Source: an uncultured Gemmatimonadaceae bacterium (GTDB lineage Bacteria > Gemmatimonadota > Gemmatimonadetes > Gemmatimonadales > Gemmatimonadaceae). Taken from it: DNA of 64,000 nucleotides. The DNA is taken from positions 544,001 through 608,000 of the forward strand of contig CAWBOC010000005.1 of assembly GCA_963790305.1 (NCBI GenBank), given 5' to 3'. Under the pieces are notes generated by a model. The model saw only the letters and a list, made by a program, of their open reading frames with translations. It made no database searches and had not been told where the DNA came from. Of the stretch, positions 9,243 through 20,067 are shown piece after piece. Each line of letters opens with the position of its first letter. Position 1 is the first letter of the stretch. A program made the position numbers and the translations under genes.

Positions 9243-10951
9243 GGTGGCGGGATCCGTTTCAGACGATCCGCGGCCTTCTGCTCGCCGGCTTCGTCGTGCT
9301 GTCGGTCATGATCGTCATCGCCGGCATGATCGGCGGGTGGTCGATGCTCTCGACCTCGCGCGTCATCCGCAACACGCTCGACGCGGTGCAGGAGGAGACG
9401 CGGCTCTCGTCGCAGTTCGCGTCGAGCATCGCGCAAGAAGTAGCGGCGGCGAGGCGATATCTCGATCGGCGCGATTCAACGGCGGGGCAGGCATTCACGC
9501 GGCTGGGCTGGGAAGCGCACCGCATTCAGCGCGCGATGAACAACCTGCCTTCGCAGACGATGGAAGAGATCGCGCTGGTCGCCGCGATCAATGCCACGCT
9601 CTCGCACATCGAGGTGCGCTACGCGCGTGCCCACCGGCTTGCCGACCTCGGCCGCCACGACATCGCGCTCCGGGAGGCCGAAGCGACAGCACCCCTCGCC
9701 GCGCGCCTGCTCGGTGATGTCGAGCGGCTCGGTCAGAGAAAAGCGCGCAAGGTGGCCGAGGCGGCCGATCGGTTGCAGCGCGCGACCATCAAGCGCGCCG
9801 TCTCACTCGCCTTCGTCATTCTCACCGCGCTCGGATTGGCGCTCATCGTCGTCGTCACCACCGTCCGGCGCGTGGCAAGACCACTCGATCGCCTGGTGAC
9901 GCACGCCCGTCGACTGAACGAAGGCGACTTCACCGCGCGCACCACAGGCGACATGCCTGGCGAATTCCGTATTCTCGCCAGCATGATGAACCAGACCACC
10001 GAGTCGCTCTCGCGAATCGTCTCGGTGGTGGCGCAGACGGCGAAGGACGTGGCCGGGTCCGCTCGCGAGCTTTCCTCGGTCACCGAGCAGATCTCCGGCA
10101 CGGCGGGTGAGACCGCCACCGCAATGAACGAAGTCTCGGCGGGCGCGGAGAAGCAGGTGAAGCAGCTCCGGTGGATCGACAGCTCGCTTCAGTCCATGCG
10201 CGATGCTGCGCACAGCGTCCTCGGCGGCGCCGAAGCGGTGAATGTCCTGGCGGAAGGCATTGCGCGGTCAGCAGGCGAGAAGCGTGTCGAGGTCGTGCGG
10301 ACGCTGGGCATTCTCACCGACGTCCGTGATACGGTGCAGACCGCCTCCGCCGAAGTGAAAGCGTTGAACGCGACGGCGGCGGACATTAATCGCTTCGTGG
10401 AAGCGGTGAGCCGCATTGCCGAGCAGACCAATCTCCTCGCGCTCAACGCCGCGATCGAAGCCGCGCGCGCCGGAAAGGCGGGCAAGGGCTTCGCGGTCGT
10501 TGCCGATGAGGTGCGCAAGCTGGCCGAGCAGACTCAGACTGCCGCCAACGACATCGTGCAGATGACGGCGGTGGTGTCGCAGCGCGTGTCGAGCACGACC
10601 GAAGCGATGAAGATCGGCGTCGCCCGAGTGGCCGAGATCGAGCTCGTATCCCGCGACATCGACGAGGCGCTCAACGCGATCGCCGACGCTGCCGAGCGCA
10701 CGCGTGTGGCCGCGCACAATGTCGCGGTCGCCGCGCAGGGGAATGCCGACGCGGTGCAGGGCGCGGCGACGAGCGTGATGTCGATCGCCAAGACGGCCGA
10801 GCATCACGCCGAGTCGGCGCAACACGTGAGCGCGTCGACCCAGGAGCAGAGCGCGGCGTGTGAGCAGATGAGCTCCGCGTCGTCGCAGCTGCTTCACACC
10901 TCCACGCAGCTCAAGAGCCTGGTGGACACTCTGAAGACGGTCACGGTGTGA
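9239..10951 (+). CDS. Methyl-accepting chemotaxis protein
   Basis: Two TM segments, [43 protein letters not shown] overlap with upstream gene. Confidence 0.95.
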   Translation: MRWRDPFQTIRGLLLAGFVVLSVMIVIAGMIGGWSMLSTSRVIRNTLDAVQEETRLSSQFASSIAQEVAAARRYLDRRDSTAGQAFTRLGWEAHRIQRAMNNLPSQTMEEIALVAAINATLSHIEVRYARAHRLADLGRHDIALREAEATAPLAARLLGDVERLGQRKARKVAEAADRLQRATIKRAVSLAFVILTALGLALIVVVTTVRRVARPLDRLVTHARRLNEGDFTARTTGDMPGEFRILASMMNQTTESLSRIVSVVAQTAKDVAGSARELSSVTEQISGTAGETATAMNEVSAGAEKQVKQLRWIDSSLQSMRDAAHSVLGGAEAVNVLAEGIARSAGEKRVEVVRTLGILTDVRDTVQTASAEVKALNATAADINRFVEAVSRIAEQTNLLALNAAIEAARAGKAGKGFAVVADEVRKLAEQTQTAANDIVQMTAVVSQRVSSTTEAMKIGVARVAEIELVSRDIDEALNAIADAAERTRVAAHNVAVAAQGNADAVQGAATSVMSIAKTAEHHAESAQHVSASTQEQSAACEQMSSASSQLLHTSTQLKSLVDTLKTVTV

Positions 10952-11904
10952 TCGTCGACTGTCACGTTCATCTCAGCGCGTTCACGCCGGGGCACGGGTA
11001 CATGTCGCGAACGCTGCTGGACAGTCTGCCATTCCGCTTCATGCGCTGGAAGTTCGGCCTCCTCGGCGAGGACGCGAACACCGAGCGTACACTCGAGGAG
11101 CTGCTCGCGCGAACGGTTGCCGAGGCGAATCCGGTGAATGCGGCGGTCGTGCTCGCCTTCGACGCGGTGCATGACGCCGCGGGCAAACGCAATGCGGCAC
11201 GCACCCACTTCGAGGTGGCGAACGACTACGTTCGCGACGTGACGCGCAAGTATCCGGGGCTCTTGTATGGCGCGTCGATCCACCCCTATCGGCGCGATGC
11301 CGTTGCGGAGCTCGAGCGCGTGGCGCGTGACGGCGCGGTGCTCATCAAGTGGCTGCCCATCACGCAGGACATCGATCCATCGGACGCGCGGTGCCTTCCG
11401 TTCTACGAGGCGCTTTCCGATCTGAAGATGCCGCTGTTGAGCCACACCGGCTGGGAGCGCACGTTGCCGACGGCGAACAACCGCGTCGCCGATCCTGCGC
11501 TGCTCCGCCCGGCGTTGGAGCGAGGTGTCACGGTGATCATGGCGCATTGCGGGACGAAGTCGTTCTACGGCGAGAGCTGCCACGTCGACTCGTTCATGCG
11601 CATGGCGCGCGAGTGGGAGCACTGCTACGGCGACACGTCGGCATTGAATCTTCCCACGCGAGCCTATGGATGGCGTCGGCTGCTCGAAGACGACGTGGTG
11701 CGCGAAAAGCTGGTGCACGGCAGCGACTGGCCCATTCTGCCGTTGCCGCCGCTTCGGCGGATCGGACTCGCGGGTGCGCTCGCGCTCCTGCGGGAGAGGA
11801 ACTGGATGCGGCGCGACGCGCTGGTGAAGCAGCGTCTTGGGCTGGAGGGCGAGTACTGGACGCGGGCGGGGAGGCTGCTGCGGATTCCTGGGGCGGCGCG
11901 CTAG
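10948..11904 (+). CDS. Amidohydrolase family protein (amidohydrolase-2-like)
   Basis: DCHVH, SIHP, SHTG, MAHCG, GSDWP; GTGA overlap. Confidence 0.88.
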   Translation: MIVDCHVHLSAFTPGHGYMSRTLLDSLPFRFMRWKFGLLGEDANTERTLEELLARTVAEANPVNAAVVLAFDAVHDAAGKRNAARTHFEVANDYVRDVTRKYPGLLYGASIHPYRRDAVAELERVARDGAVLIKWLPITQDIDPSDARCLPFYEALSDLKMPLLSHTGWERTLPTANNRVADPALLRPALERGVTVIMAHCGTKSFYGESCHVDSFMRMAREWEHCYGDTSALNLPTRAYGWRRLLEDDVVREKLVHGSDWPILPLPPLRRIGLAGALALLRERNWMRRDALVKQRLGLEGEYWTRAGRLLRIPGAAR

Positions 11905-11915
11905 ACGGCAGTTAG

Positions 11916-12338
11916 CTATTTCATTCGCACCGACCCATCCTCGCCAATCGTCCACGCGGGATTGAACGCGACCTCCCACAGATGCCCATCGGGGTCCGCG
12001 AAATAGCCTGAATACCCGCCCCACGCGGTCTCCTCGGCCGACTTGAGGATCGCGGCGCCGGCGGCCGCCGCCTCGGCGAGTACCGCGTCGACGTCGTCAC
12101 GCGCGCGCACGTTATGCGCCAGGGCGATACCGCCGAATGTGGACTCATCATCCTCGATCTGCGCATCGGCCGCGAGATCGCGGCGCCCAAAGAGCGCGAT
12201 GATCGGTCCGCCTGTCTCATAGAACACGACGTCGTCGCTGGCAAAGCCAGGCTTCCATCCCAGACCGTGCTCGTAAAATCGGCGGGCGCGCCGGAGATCG
12301 GCGACGCCGAGGGTTACCAGGCTCATGCGTTGTTCCAT
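11916..12338 (-). CDS. VOC/glyoxalase family protein
   Basis: MEQRMSLVTLGVADL...WGGYSGYFADPDGHLWEVAFNP. Confidence 0.93.
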   Translation of the reverse strand: MEQRMSLVTLGVADLRRARRFYEHGLGWKPGFASDDVVFYETGGPIIALFGRRDLAADAQIEDDESTFGGIALAHNVRARDDVDAVLAEAAAAGAAILKSAEETAWGGYSGYFADPDGHLWEVAFNPAWTIGEDGSVRMK

Positions 12339-12427
12339 GGCCGCCTCATCCGTTGACACGCGCTGGTCGCCAGGCTGGCGAACCCAGCGGCACGAGGGAT
12401 AAGCTAGCGGCTCCTCGCCTGCTCGCC

Positions 12428-13198
12428 ATGCGCCTGATAGTCCTGTTCGCTCTGACCGTCGCGGCCTGCGCGCCACGTCGCCCTCCGGCGCCCCCCACCG
12501 CCGCGACGACGCTCATCACGAACGCGCGCCTCATCGACGGGTCGGGGGGCGCGGCACGGTCGGGTGGCGTCCGCATTGCCGGCGACCGGATCGCTGAGGT
12601 CGGCACCCTGCGAGCGCGCCCCGGCGAGCGCGTGATCGACGCAGGCGGCCTCGCGTTGGCGCCCGGGTTCATCGACACGCACAGCCACCACGACCGCGGA
12701 TTGTTCGACATGCGCGATGCGGTGGCGGCCGTGAGCCAGGGGATCACCACGATGACGATCGTGATCGATGGGATCTCGCGGCGCTTTCGCAGGTACTGGG
12801 CTCGCGGGGCGGTCGCCCCTTATATCAACGATGACGGAACCATCGCGCCGACGGCGGCGGGAGGATCGATCCCGTTCGCTCCCGACATCACAATGCGCGC
12901 CCTCGTCGCGATGCGCGAACGGTACGGCGATGACCTGTACACGCGGTATGGATTCCTCGATGCTTTCAATCCGACGCTCAAAGCGTCGGGAGTGCGGCTG
13001 CTGCGCGGGCGCATTATTGCCGGAAAGGGCTGGTTCGATGACAACTACATCGGCATCGATCAGGGTCCGATCGTGGCGATGAGCGAAAATCACCGCTCCG
13101 GGCTTCTGTGGACTCTCATGAAGCGCAGTCCCTACATCGTTCGTGGACTCTGCCGCGCGGGCTTCACCGGCGGCTGGATCGAAGGGAGATGCAACTGA
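12428..13198 (+). pseudogene. Chimeric ORF: N-terminus of an N-acyl-D-amino-acid deacylase fused to the C-terminus of a GH144/glycoamylase-family glucanase
   Basis: ITNARLIDGSG..LAPGFIDTHSH..AVSQGITT followed directly by NDDGTIAPTAAGGSIPFAP..YGFLDAFNPT..YIGIDQGPI..ENHRSGLLW..AGFTGGW; junction about 12750. Confidence 0.75.
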
Positions 13199-15505
13199 TG
13201 ACGGCACGGCTCTCGATCGCGTGCGCCGCCCTGATTTTCTCCGCGGCATCGGCGGCGGCACAGGCAGGACCATCCCGGGCGACGCGTTTCGTCGATTCCC
13301 TCGTCGCGCGGATGACGCTCGAAGAGAAGCTCGGTCAGCTCACCCAGGTGCCCGGACGCTGGGGCGACACGGGACCGCAGGTTCCCGAAGGCGGTGAGGA
13401 CGAGATTCGTCGCGGGCACGTCGGCTCGTTCCTCGGCGTCTTCGGTGCGGGGTACACGCGTCGCATGCAGGAGATTGCGCTTCAGTCGCGGCTGAAGATC
13501 CCACTCCTGTTCGCGCACGACGTCATCCACGGCTTCCGCACGATCTTTCCCGTTTCGATCGCCGAAGCAGCGTCGTGGGACCCCCAGGCGGTGGAGCGCG
13601 CCGCGCGCATCGCCGCGACGGAGGCGACCGCCGCGGGGTTGCACTGGACCTTCGCGCCAATGGTGGACATCGCCCGCGACGCGCGGTGGGGACGCATTGT
13701 CGAGGGTGCCGGAGAGGATCCGTATCTCGGATCGATCATGGCCGGTGCGCGCGTGCGGGGCTTTCAGGGCACCGATCTCAGCGCTCCGAACACGATGCTC
13801 GCGACGGCGAAGCACTTCGTCGGCTACGGCGCGGCCGAAGGCGGGCGCGACTACAACATCGCCGACATCCCAGAGGTCACCCTTCGCGACATCTACCTGC
13901 CGCCGTTTCACGCAGCGGTCGACGCGGGCGCGGCGTCGGTCATGGCATCGTTCAATGAAGTTGCCGGCGTTCCGGTGCATGCCAGCGAGCGGTTGATCGA
14001 CGGTTTGCTGCGTACGGAGTGGGGATGGAACGGCCTCCTCGTCAGCGACTGGACGGGGGTGCTCGAGCTCATTCCGCACGGCGTGGCAGCCGACTCCGCG
14101 GCGGCGGGAGCGCTCGCGCTGCGTGCGGGCGTCGACGTCGACATGGTAAGCCGCATCTACTTCAACAAGCTGACACCACTCGTCCGATCGGGACGAGTCA
14201 GCGATGCGAGACGTCGACGCCGCGGTGCGGCGCGTCCTGCGCGCGAAATACGACCTGGGTCTCTTCGCCGATCCGTTCCGCTACAGTGACACGACGCGCG
14301 AGCGCCAGACGCTACTCGCCGCCGAGCATCGCGCGGCGGCGCGTGAGCTAGCGCGGAAGGCGATCGTGCTCCTCAGGAACGAGGGCCGAGCGCTCCCACT
14401 TGCCAAGTCGTTAGGTACGATCGCGGTCATCGGGTCCCTTGCCACCGACGCACGCTCCTCGATCGGCAACTGGTCGGCCGCGGGACGTGCCGAAGAAGGC
14501 GTCACGGTGCTGGACGGCATTCGCCGCGCCGTGCCGTCGGCGCGCGTCGTCTACGCGCGTGGCGCGGACTCGGCCACCGCCGACACCAGCGGATTCGCTG
14601 AAGCCGTTCGCGTGGCGCGCGATGCGGATGTCGTCGTCCTCGTGGTCGGCGAGCATCAGGAGCAGAGCGCGGAAGCGAACAACCGCGCGTTCCTCGGCTT
14701 GCCGGGCGCGCAGGACGGGCTCGTGCGGGCGGTGCGTGCAGCGGGGAAGCCCGTCGTCGTCGTGCTGATGGGCGGGCGTCCGCTCGCGATCTCCTCGTTC
14801 GCGGACAGCGTGCCCGCGATCATGCACGCCTGGTACCTCGGCACCGAGATGGGGAATGCGGTGGCGGACGTGCTGTTCGGCGAGGCGAACCCCTCGGGCA
14901 AGCTCCCTGTGACGATCCCGCGCACGGTCGGACAGGTTCCGCTGTACTACAACCACAAGCACACCGGCCGGCCGCCGGTCGCGAACCAGAAATACACGTC
15001 GAAGTACATCGACGTGCCGTGGACGCCGCTTTACCCGTTCGGCCATGGATTGAGCTACACGACGTTCGCGTATCGCAATCTCCGGCTCAGCGCGACGACC
15101 ATGCGACCGGGCGATACGCTGATCGTCAGCGTGGACGTCACGAACACCGGCGATCGCGTGGGCGACGAGGTGGTTCAGCTGTACATCCGGGATGAAGTCG
15201 GCACGCTCACGCGCCCGGTGAAGGAGTTGCGCGGCTTCCGCCGCATCACGCTCCAGCCCGGCCAGACGCAGTCCGTGTCATTCCCCCTCGGCTCCAAGGA
15301 TCTGGCCTTCCATGACGCGGCGCTCGATCTCGTCGTCGAGCCGGGATTCTTTCGCGTGTACGTGGGGTCGAGCTCCGAGCGTGTGGAGGAGGCGCGCTTC
15401 GAGCTCGTCGATCCGCGGCGATGCGGGAAGCGCGTGCTGCGGCGCGAGGTTCCGAGGTTCACATGGCCGGTGAAGAGTCGAGTGGGGGCAGTGGCATGTC
15501 GATGA
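13198..15505 (+). CDS. bglX: GH3 beta-glucosidase BglX, split by a +1 frameshift near 14203
   Basis: MTLEEKLGQL, DVIHG, ARDARWGR, KHFVGYG, VSDW in frame 1; continues DVDAAVRRVL..NPSGKLP..YPFGHGLSYTTF..EVVQLY in the 14204 ORF; span 2308 nt = 3n+1. Confidence 0.88.
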
Positions 15506-16986
15506 GTCAATGCGGAATGCGGAATGCGGATTGGGGATGGGGGTTCATCGCCGCTCTCTGCCTCCTCTGCCCGGCGAACGCAGGCGCTCAGGCGCGGGGG
15601 GCGCAGCAGCCACGCAACGTCATTTTCATTCTCAGCGACGACCATCGGCACGACTTCATGGGCTTCGTGAAGGGCGCGCCGCCGTTCCTGCGCACGCCCA
15701 ACATCGATCGCATGGCGGCGCGCGGGTCGTACGTGCCGAACGCGTTCGTGACCACGGCACTGTGCTCGCCGAGTCGGGCGTCGATTCTCACCGGGCGGTA
15801 TGCGCATCGGCACGGGGTGGTGGACAACACGTCGCCGATTCCCAAGGGCACGATGTTCTTTCCGGAGCTGCTGCAGCGCGCCGGCTATCGCACGGCATAC
15901 ATCGGCAAGTGGCACATGGGCGAGGACGAGGAGAGCGACATGCCGCGCCCGGGCTTCGACCGCTGGGTGAGCTTCCGCGGGCAGGGCGTCTACGTCGATC
16001 CAACCCTCAACGTCGACGGCACACGACGGCAGGTGCGCGGCTACACCACCGATGTTCTCACCGACCAGGCGCTGGAGTGGCTGCGCGGCGTGCGGCGATC
16101 GGATCCCAACAAGCCGTTCTTTCTCTACCTGGCGCACAAGGCGGTGCACGCGGAGTTCATCCCCTCGCCGCGCCACGCGGGAAAGTACGCGAAGGAGCCG
16201 ATTCCGTATCCGGAAACAATGGCGAATACGGAATCCAACGCCCGTGGAAAGCCGCGCTGGGTGCGCGAGCAGCGTAACAGCTGGCACGGGGTCGACTACG
16301 CGTATCATGGCGCGCTGAAGTTCGACGAGTTCTACCGCAGTTACGCCGAGACGCTGCTGGCGGTGGATGAGAGCATTGGGCGCGTGCTCGATTTCCTCGA
16401 TCAGAACGGGCTCACCAACTCGACGATGGTCGTCTACACGAGCGACAACGGCTTCGTCCTCGGCGAGCACGGCCTGATCGACAAGCGCCATGCGTACGAG
16501 AAGTCGATGCGCGTGCCCATGGTCGCCTATGCTCCCGGGATGATCGCCGCCGGCGACACCATCACGCAGATGGTGCGGAACATCGACATCGCGCCGACGA
16601 TTCTCGCGCTCGCCGGCGTGCAGAGCACCTGGGACATGGACGGTCAGTCTGTTCTCTCGGCGCTGCGCGGCGAGGCCCCGGCCTTACGCGGCGAGCTCTT
16701 GTACGAGTACTACTGGGAGTACGCGTTCCCGCACACGCCCACCACGTTCGCGCTTCGCGGCGACCGCTACAAATACATCTTCTACCACGGCATTTGGGAT
16801 ACGAACGAGCTGTACGATCTCGTGTCCGACCCGCTGGAGCGCTTCAACCTGATCGACGCACCAATGATGCAGGACACGGTGCGCGCGATGCGGACGCGGC
16901 TGTTCGACCGACTTCAGGCAACGGATGGGATGCGCATTCCCGTTCGGCGCGGGGATTGGCAAGCAGGGGAGAGGAAACTCCCGTGA
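15502..16986 (+). CDS. Sulfatase (formylglycine-dependent, carbohydrate sulfatase-like)
   Basis: NVIFILSDDHR, LCSPSRASILTG (CxPxR), GKWHMG, SDNG; ATGA overlap with bglX; start uncertain. Confidence 0.92.
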   Translation: MSQCGMRNADWGWGFIAALCLLCPANAGAQARGAQQPRNVIFILSDDHRHDFMGFVKGAPPFLRTPNIDRMAARGSYVPNAFVTTALCSPSRASILTGRYAHRHGVVDNTSPIPKGTMFFPELLQRAGYRTAYIGKWHMGEDEESDMPRPGFDRWVSFRGQGVYVDPTLNVDGTRRQVRGYTTDVLTDQALEWLRGVRRSDPNKPFFLYLAHKAVHAEFIPSPRHAGKYAKEPIPYPETMANTESNARGKPRWVREQRNSWHGVDYAYHGALKFDEFYRSYAETLLAVDESIGRVLDFLDQNGLTNSTMVVYTSDNGFVLGEHGLIDKRHAYEKSMRVPMVAYAPGMIAAGDTITQMVRNIDIAPTILALAGVQSTWDMDGQSVLSALRGEAPALRGELLYEYYWEYAFPHTPTTFALRGDRYKYIFYHGIWDTNELYDLVSDPLERFNLIDAPMMQDTVRAMRTRLFDRLQATDGMRIPVRRGDWQAGERKLP

Positions 16987-17067
16987 TTCACGGCGCTCGT
17001 TGCGCAACTCAGAGCTCGCTATTCACCGGCCGAATAGGCCGAGGAAACCTTACCGACGGAGCGAACC

Positions 17068-18685
17068 GTGGGACAGCTCGCCACGCTGGACTGGATCGTC
17101 ATCGCGCTCTACTTCGTGCTCACCTTTACCATCGCCATCTGGGTGACGGTACGCGAGCGCTCGCGGGATACCTCGACCGACTATTTCCTTGCCGGGCGCA
17201 ACATCGGGTGGTTCATCGTCGGTGCGTCGCTGTTCGCGTCGAACATTGGCTCCGAGCATCTCGTCGGGCTCGCGGGCACCGGCGCGGCCAGCGGCATGGC
17301 GGTGGGCCAGTTCGAGGTGCTCGCGTCATTGATCCTCCTCATGCTGGGCTGGGTGTTCGTGCCGTTCTACCTGCGGAGCGGCGTGTTCACGATGCCGGAG
17401 TTTCTCGAGCGGAGGTACTCGTCAGGCGCCCGATGGTATTTGGCGATCGTGTCGATCATCGCCTACGTGCTGACGAAGATCTCCGTCACGATCGCGGCCG
17501 GCGGCATCGTGTTCGAGGCGCTGATGGGCATCGATTTCTGGACGGGGGCGATGATCGTCGTCGTCGCGACGGGGATCTACACCGTGTTCGGCGGCCTTCG
17601 CGCGGTGCTGTACACGGACATGATCCAGATGTTCGTGCTCATCGGTGGTGCCGTGGCGGTCACGCTGGTGGGTCTCGACGCGTTGGGCGGCTGGAATGAG
17701 AATGATTCGCACCGCGGGCCCCGGATTTCTCGACATGTGGAAACCGGCGAGCGATCCGAACTTCCCCTGGACGGGAATTCTGTTCGGCGCACCGATCCTC
17801 GGCGTGTGGTACTGGTGTACCGATCAGTTCATCGTGCAGCGCGTTCTGTCGGCGAAGGACCAGGACGAGGCACGACGGGGAGCGATTTTCGCCGGGTATC
17901 TCAAGCTTCTTCCGCTGTTCATCTTCGTCATCCCCGGGCTCGTGGCCTACGCGCTGGCGCAGCGCGGGCTGATCACGCTCGAGCATCCCGATCAGGCACT
18001 GCCGACGCTGGTGGCTGCGCTCATGCCCGATGGATTGCGGGGCATCGTCGTTGCCGGCCTGCTCGCCGCGCTCATGAGCTCGCTGTCGGCGGTGTTCAAC
18101 TCCTGCTCGACGCTGATCACGTGGGACGTCTACAAGAAGCTTCACCCGGCCGCGTCGGAGCGGCGCCTGGTCGTCATCGGCCAGGCCTCGACCGCGATCC
18201 TCGTCGGTCTTGGTCTGCTGTGGATCCCGCTGATGAAGCTCATCTCGGGGCAGCTCTACCAGTATCTCCAGAGCGTGCAGGCGTACATCTCACCACCGAT
18301 CGCGGCGGTCTTTCTGTTAGGCGTGCTGTGGCGACGTGTGAACGCCGCCGGGGCAATGACGGCGCTCATCGGCGGGTTCATCCTCGGGGTCGGCCGCCTG
18401 CTCGCCGAGCTGAACAGGGACGGGCTCACGGGATGGATGCACACGTACGCGACGATCAACTTCCTGCACTTCGCCATCCTGCTGTTCGTGATCTGCACCG
18501 CGATACTGATCGGCGTGAGCCTGGTGACCGCGCCGCCGCCACCGGAGAAGGTCGAGGGGATCACGTTCGACACGACGCAACGCACGACGGAGGGGCCGCG
18601 GGGGCGCGGCTGGCGGCGCACCGACCTCGTTCTCAGCGTCGTTCTGGCGCTCTGCGTGGGGGCGATCTGGCTGTATTTCTCCTAG
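17068..18685 (+). CDS. Sodium:solute symporter (SSS), split by a +1 frameshift near 17700
   Basis: YFLAGR, ASNIGSEHLVGLAG, GGLRAVLYTD then WYWCTDQFIVQRVLSAK, AALMSSL in the 17645 ORF; span 1618 nt = 3n+1. Confidence 0.88.
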
Positions 18686-18786
18686 GCCGGCGGAAGGCAC
18701 TGCACGTGGCTTGACGCTTGCACTTCAGGTGCGCGCGACCCCATGGCAGACGGGGGCGCGCTCACCCGAGAAACCGGATGTCCATC

Positions 18787-19197
18787 ATGCGTGCACTTTT
18801 CGTTATGCTCGCTCTCGCCGCGTCGCTGTCCGCGCGGCCGACCGCGGCACAAGCTTCACCGCCTCGCGACACCACCGTGCGCGACAGCCTCTCGTTCAGC
18901 GTCGGCGAGCTGTACGCGGCCTTTGGGTTGACGATGTCGGAGGACGACGCCTACCGAATGACGAAGTCGCTGACGACGTTCGTAGTTCGCGACAAGGGCG
19001 TGGAGATCCAGAAAACCGATGGGCGGAAGCTGGGGGAGGACATCCTCGTGCTGCTATCGCTCGTGTCGGATTCCACGGCCGCCAAGGTCAGTGCGGTCCG
19101 TCGGGCCGGCAAGGCGTCGGTCAGCGCCGAGGACGAGAAGAAGTGGGAGGAGAAGGTCGCGGCGATGCGGAGGCTCGCGGAGGGCAAGAGTCCTTAG
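18787..19197 (+). CDS. Hypothetical exported protein
   Basis: Signal peptide MRALFVMLALAASLSA; plausible codon usage; no recognised domain. Confidence 0.6.
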   Translation: MRALFVMLALAASLSARPTAAQASPPRDTTVRDSLSFSVGELYAAFGLTMSEDDAYRMTKSLTTFVVRDKGVEIQKTDGRKLGEDILVLLSLVSDSTAAKVSAVRRAGKASVSAEDEKKWEEKVAAMRRLAEGKSP

Positions 19198-19233
19198 AGG
19201 CACAGTGTGATACCGCGACGAGCGCAGACCGCC

Positions 19234-19323
19234 TACCACAGAGGCACAGAGGGCACAGAGGACAGCCAACTGCAACGGCCGTTGCAGTTGGCTGTCCTCT
19301 GTGCCCTCTGTGCCTCTGTGGTA
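19234..19323. repeat. Perfect 90-bp palindrome containing CACAGAG/CTCTGTG repeats
   Basis: 45-bp arm taccacagaggcacagagggcacagaggacagccaactgcaacgg followed immediately by its exact reverse complement. Confidence 0.95.
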
Positions 19324-19344
19324 AGCATTGCGACTCGTGGCGCC

Positions 19345-20067
19345 ATGATCACCGCCCTGCTCGCGCTCTCCTCGGCCTGCCACTCACTCCCTTCACGCCC
19401 CGTGGAACAGCCGGGAACGCGGGTCGTCTCCATGAACCGCCGGCTCGTTCGCGAGGTCGCGGGCCAGTACCAGCTTTTCCTCCCTCGGGATTACGGCTCG
19501 AGCACCGAACGGTGGCCGCTCATCCTCTTCCTGCATGGAGGCGGCGAGCGCGGGGATGACATCGAGAAGGTGAAGGTGCATGGGCCGATCAGGATCGCGG
19601 CGCAGCGGCCGGACTTTCCCTTCATCGTTGTTGCGCCGCAGGTTGCGATCAACATGATCTGGTCGACGACGAGGCTCGATGCACTCCTCGATGACGTGCA
19701 GGAGAACTATCGCGTCGATCCCGATCGCATCTATCTCACCGGGCTCAGCATGGGGGGCTACGGCGCCTGGCACCTGGCGATGGAGTTTCCCCATCGGTTT
19801 GCCGCGCTCGCGGCCATCAGTGGTGGTGCGACGCCCTCAGGGATGTGCGCGTTGAAGCACCTGCCCATTTGGGTGTTCCACGGCGCGAAGGATGACGTCA
19901 TCAAGCCCGATCGCTCGGAGGAGCTCGTCGAGCGCTTGAAGCAATGCAATGGGAACGTGAGATTCACCGTGTATCCCGACGCAGGACACGACGCGTGGAC
20001 GCGTACGTACGAAAACCCGGAGCTCTACGACTGGTTTCTCCAGCATCGACGCCAGCCCGCTCCATGA
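19345..20067 (+). CDS. Alpha/beta-hydrolase esterase / predicted peptidase, probable lipoprotein
   Basis: PLILFLHGGGERG, RIYLTGLSMGGYG, WVFHGAKD, AGHDAW. Confidence 0.9.
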   Translation: MITALLALSSACHSLPSRPVEQPGTRVVSMNRRLVREVAGQYQLFLPRDYGSSTERWPLILFLHGGGERGDDIEKVKVHGPIRIAAQRPDFPFIVVAPQVAINMIWSTTRLDALLDDVQENYRVDPDRIYLTGLSMGGYGAWHLAMEFPHRFAALAAISGGATPSGMCALKHLPIWVFHGAKDDVIKPDRSEELVERLKQCNGNVRFTVYPDAGHDAWTRTYENPELYDWFLQHRRQPAP

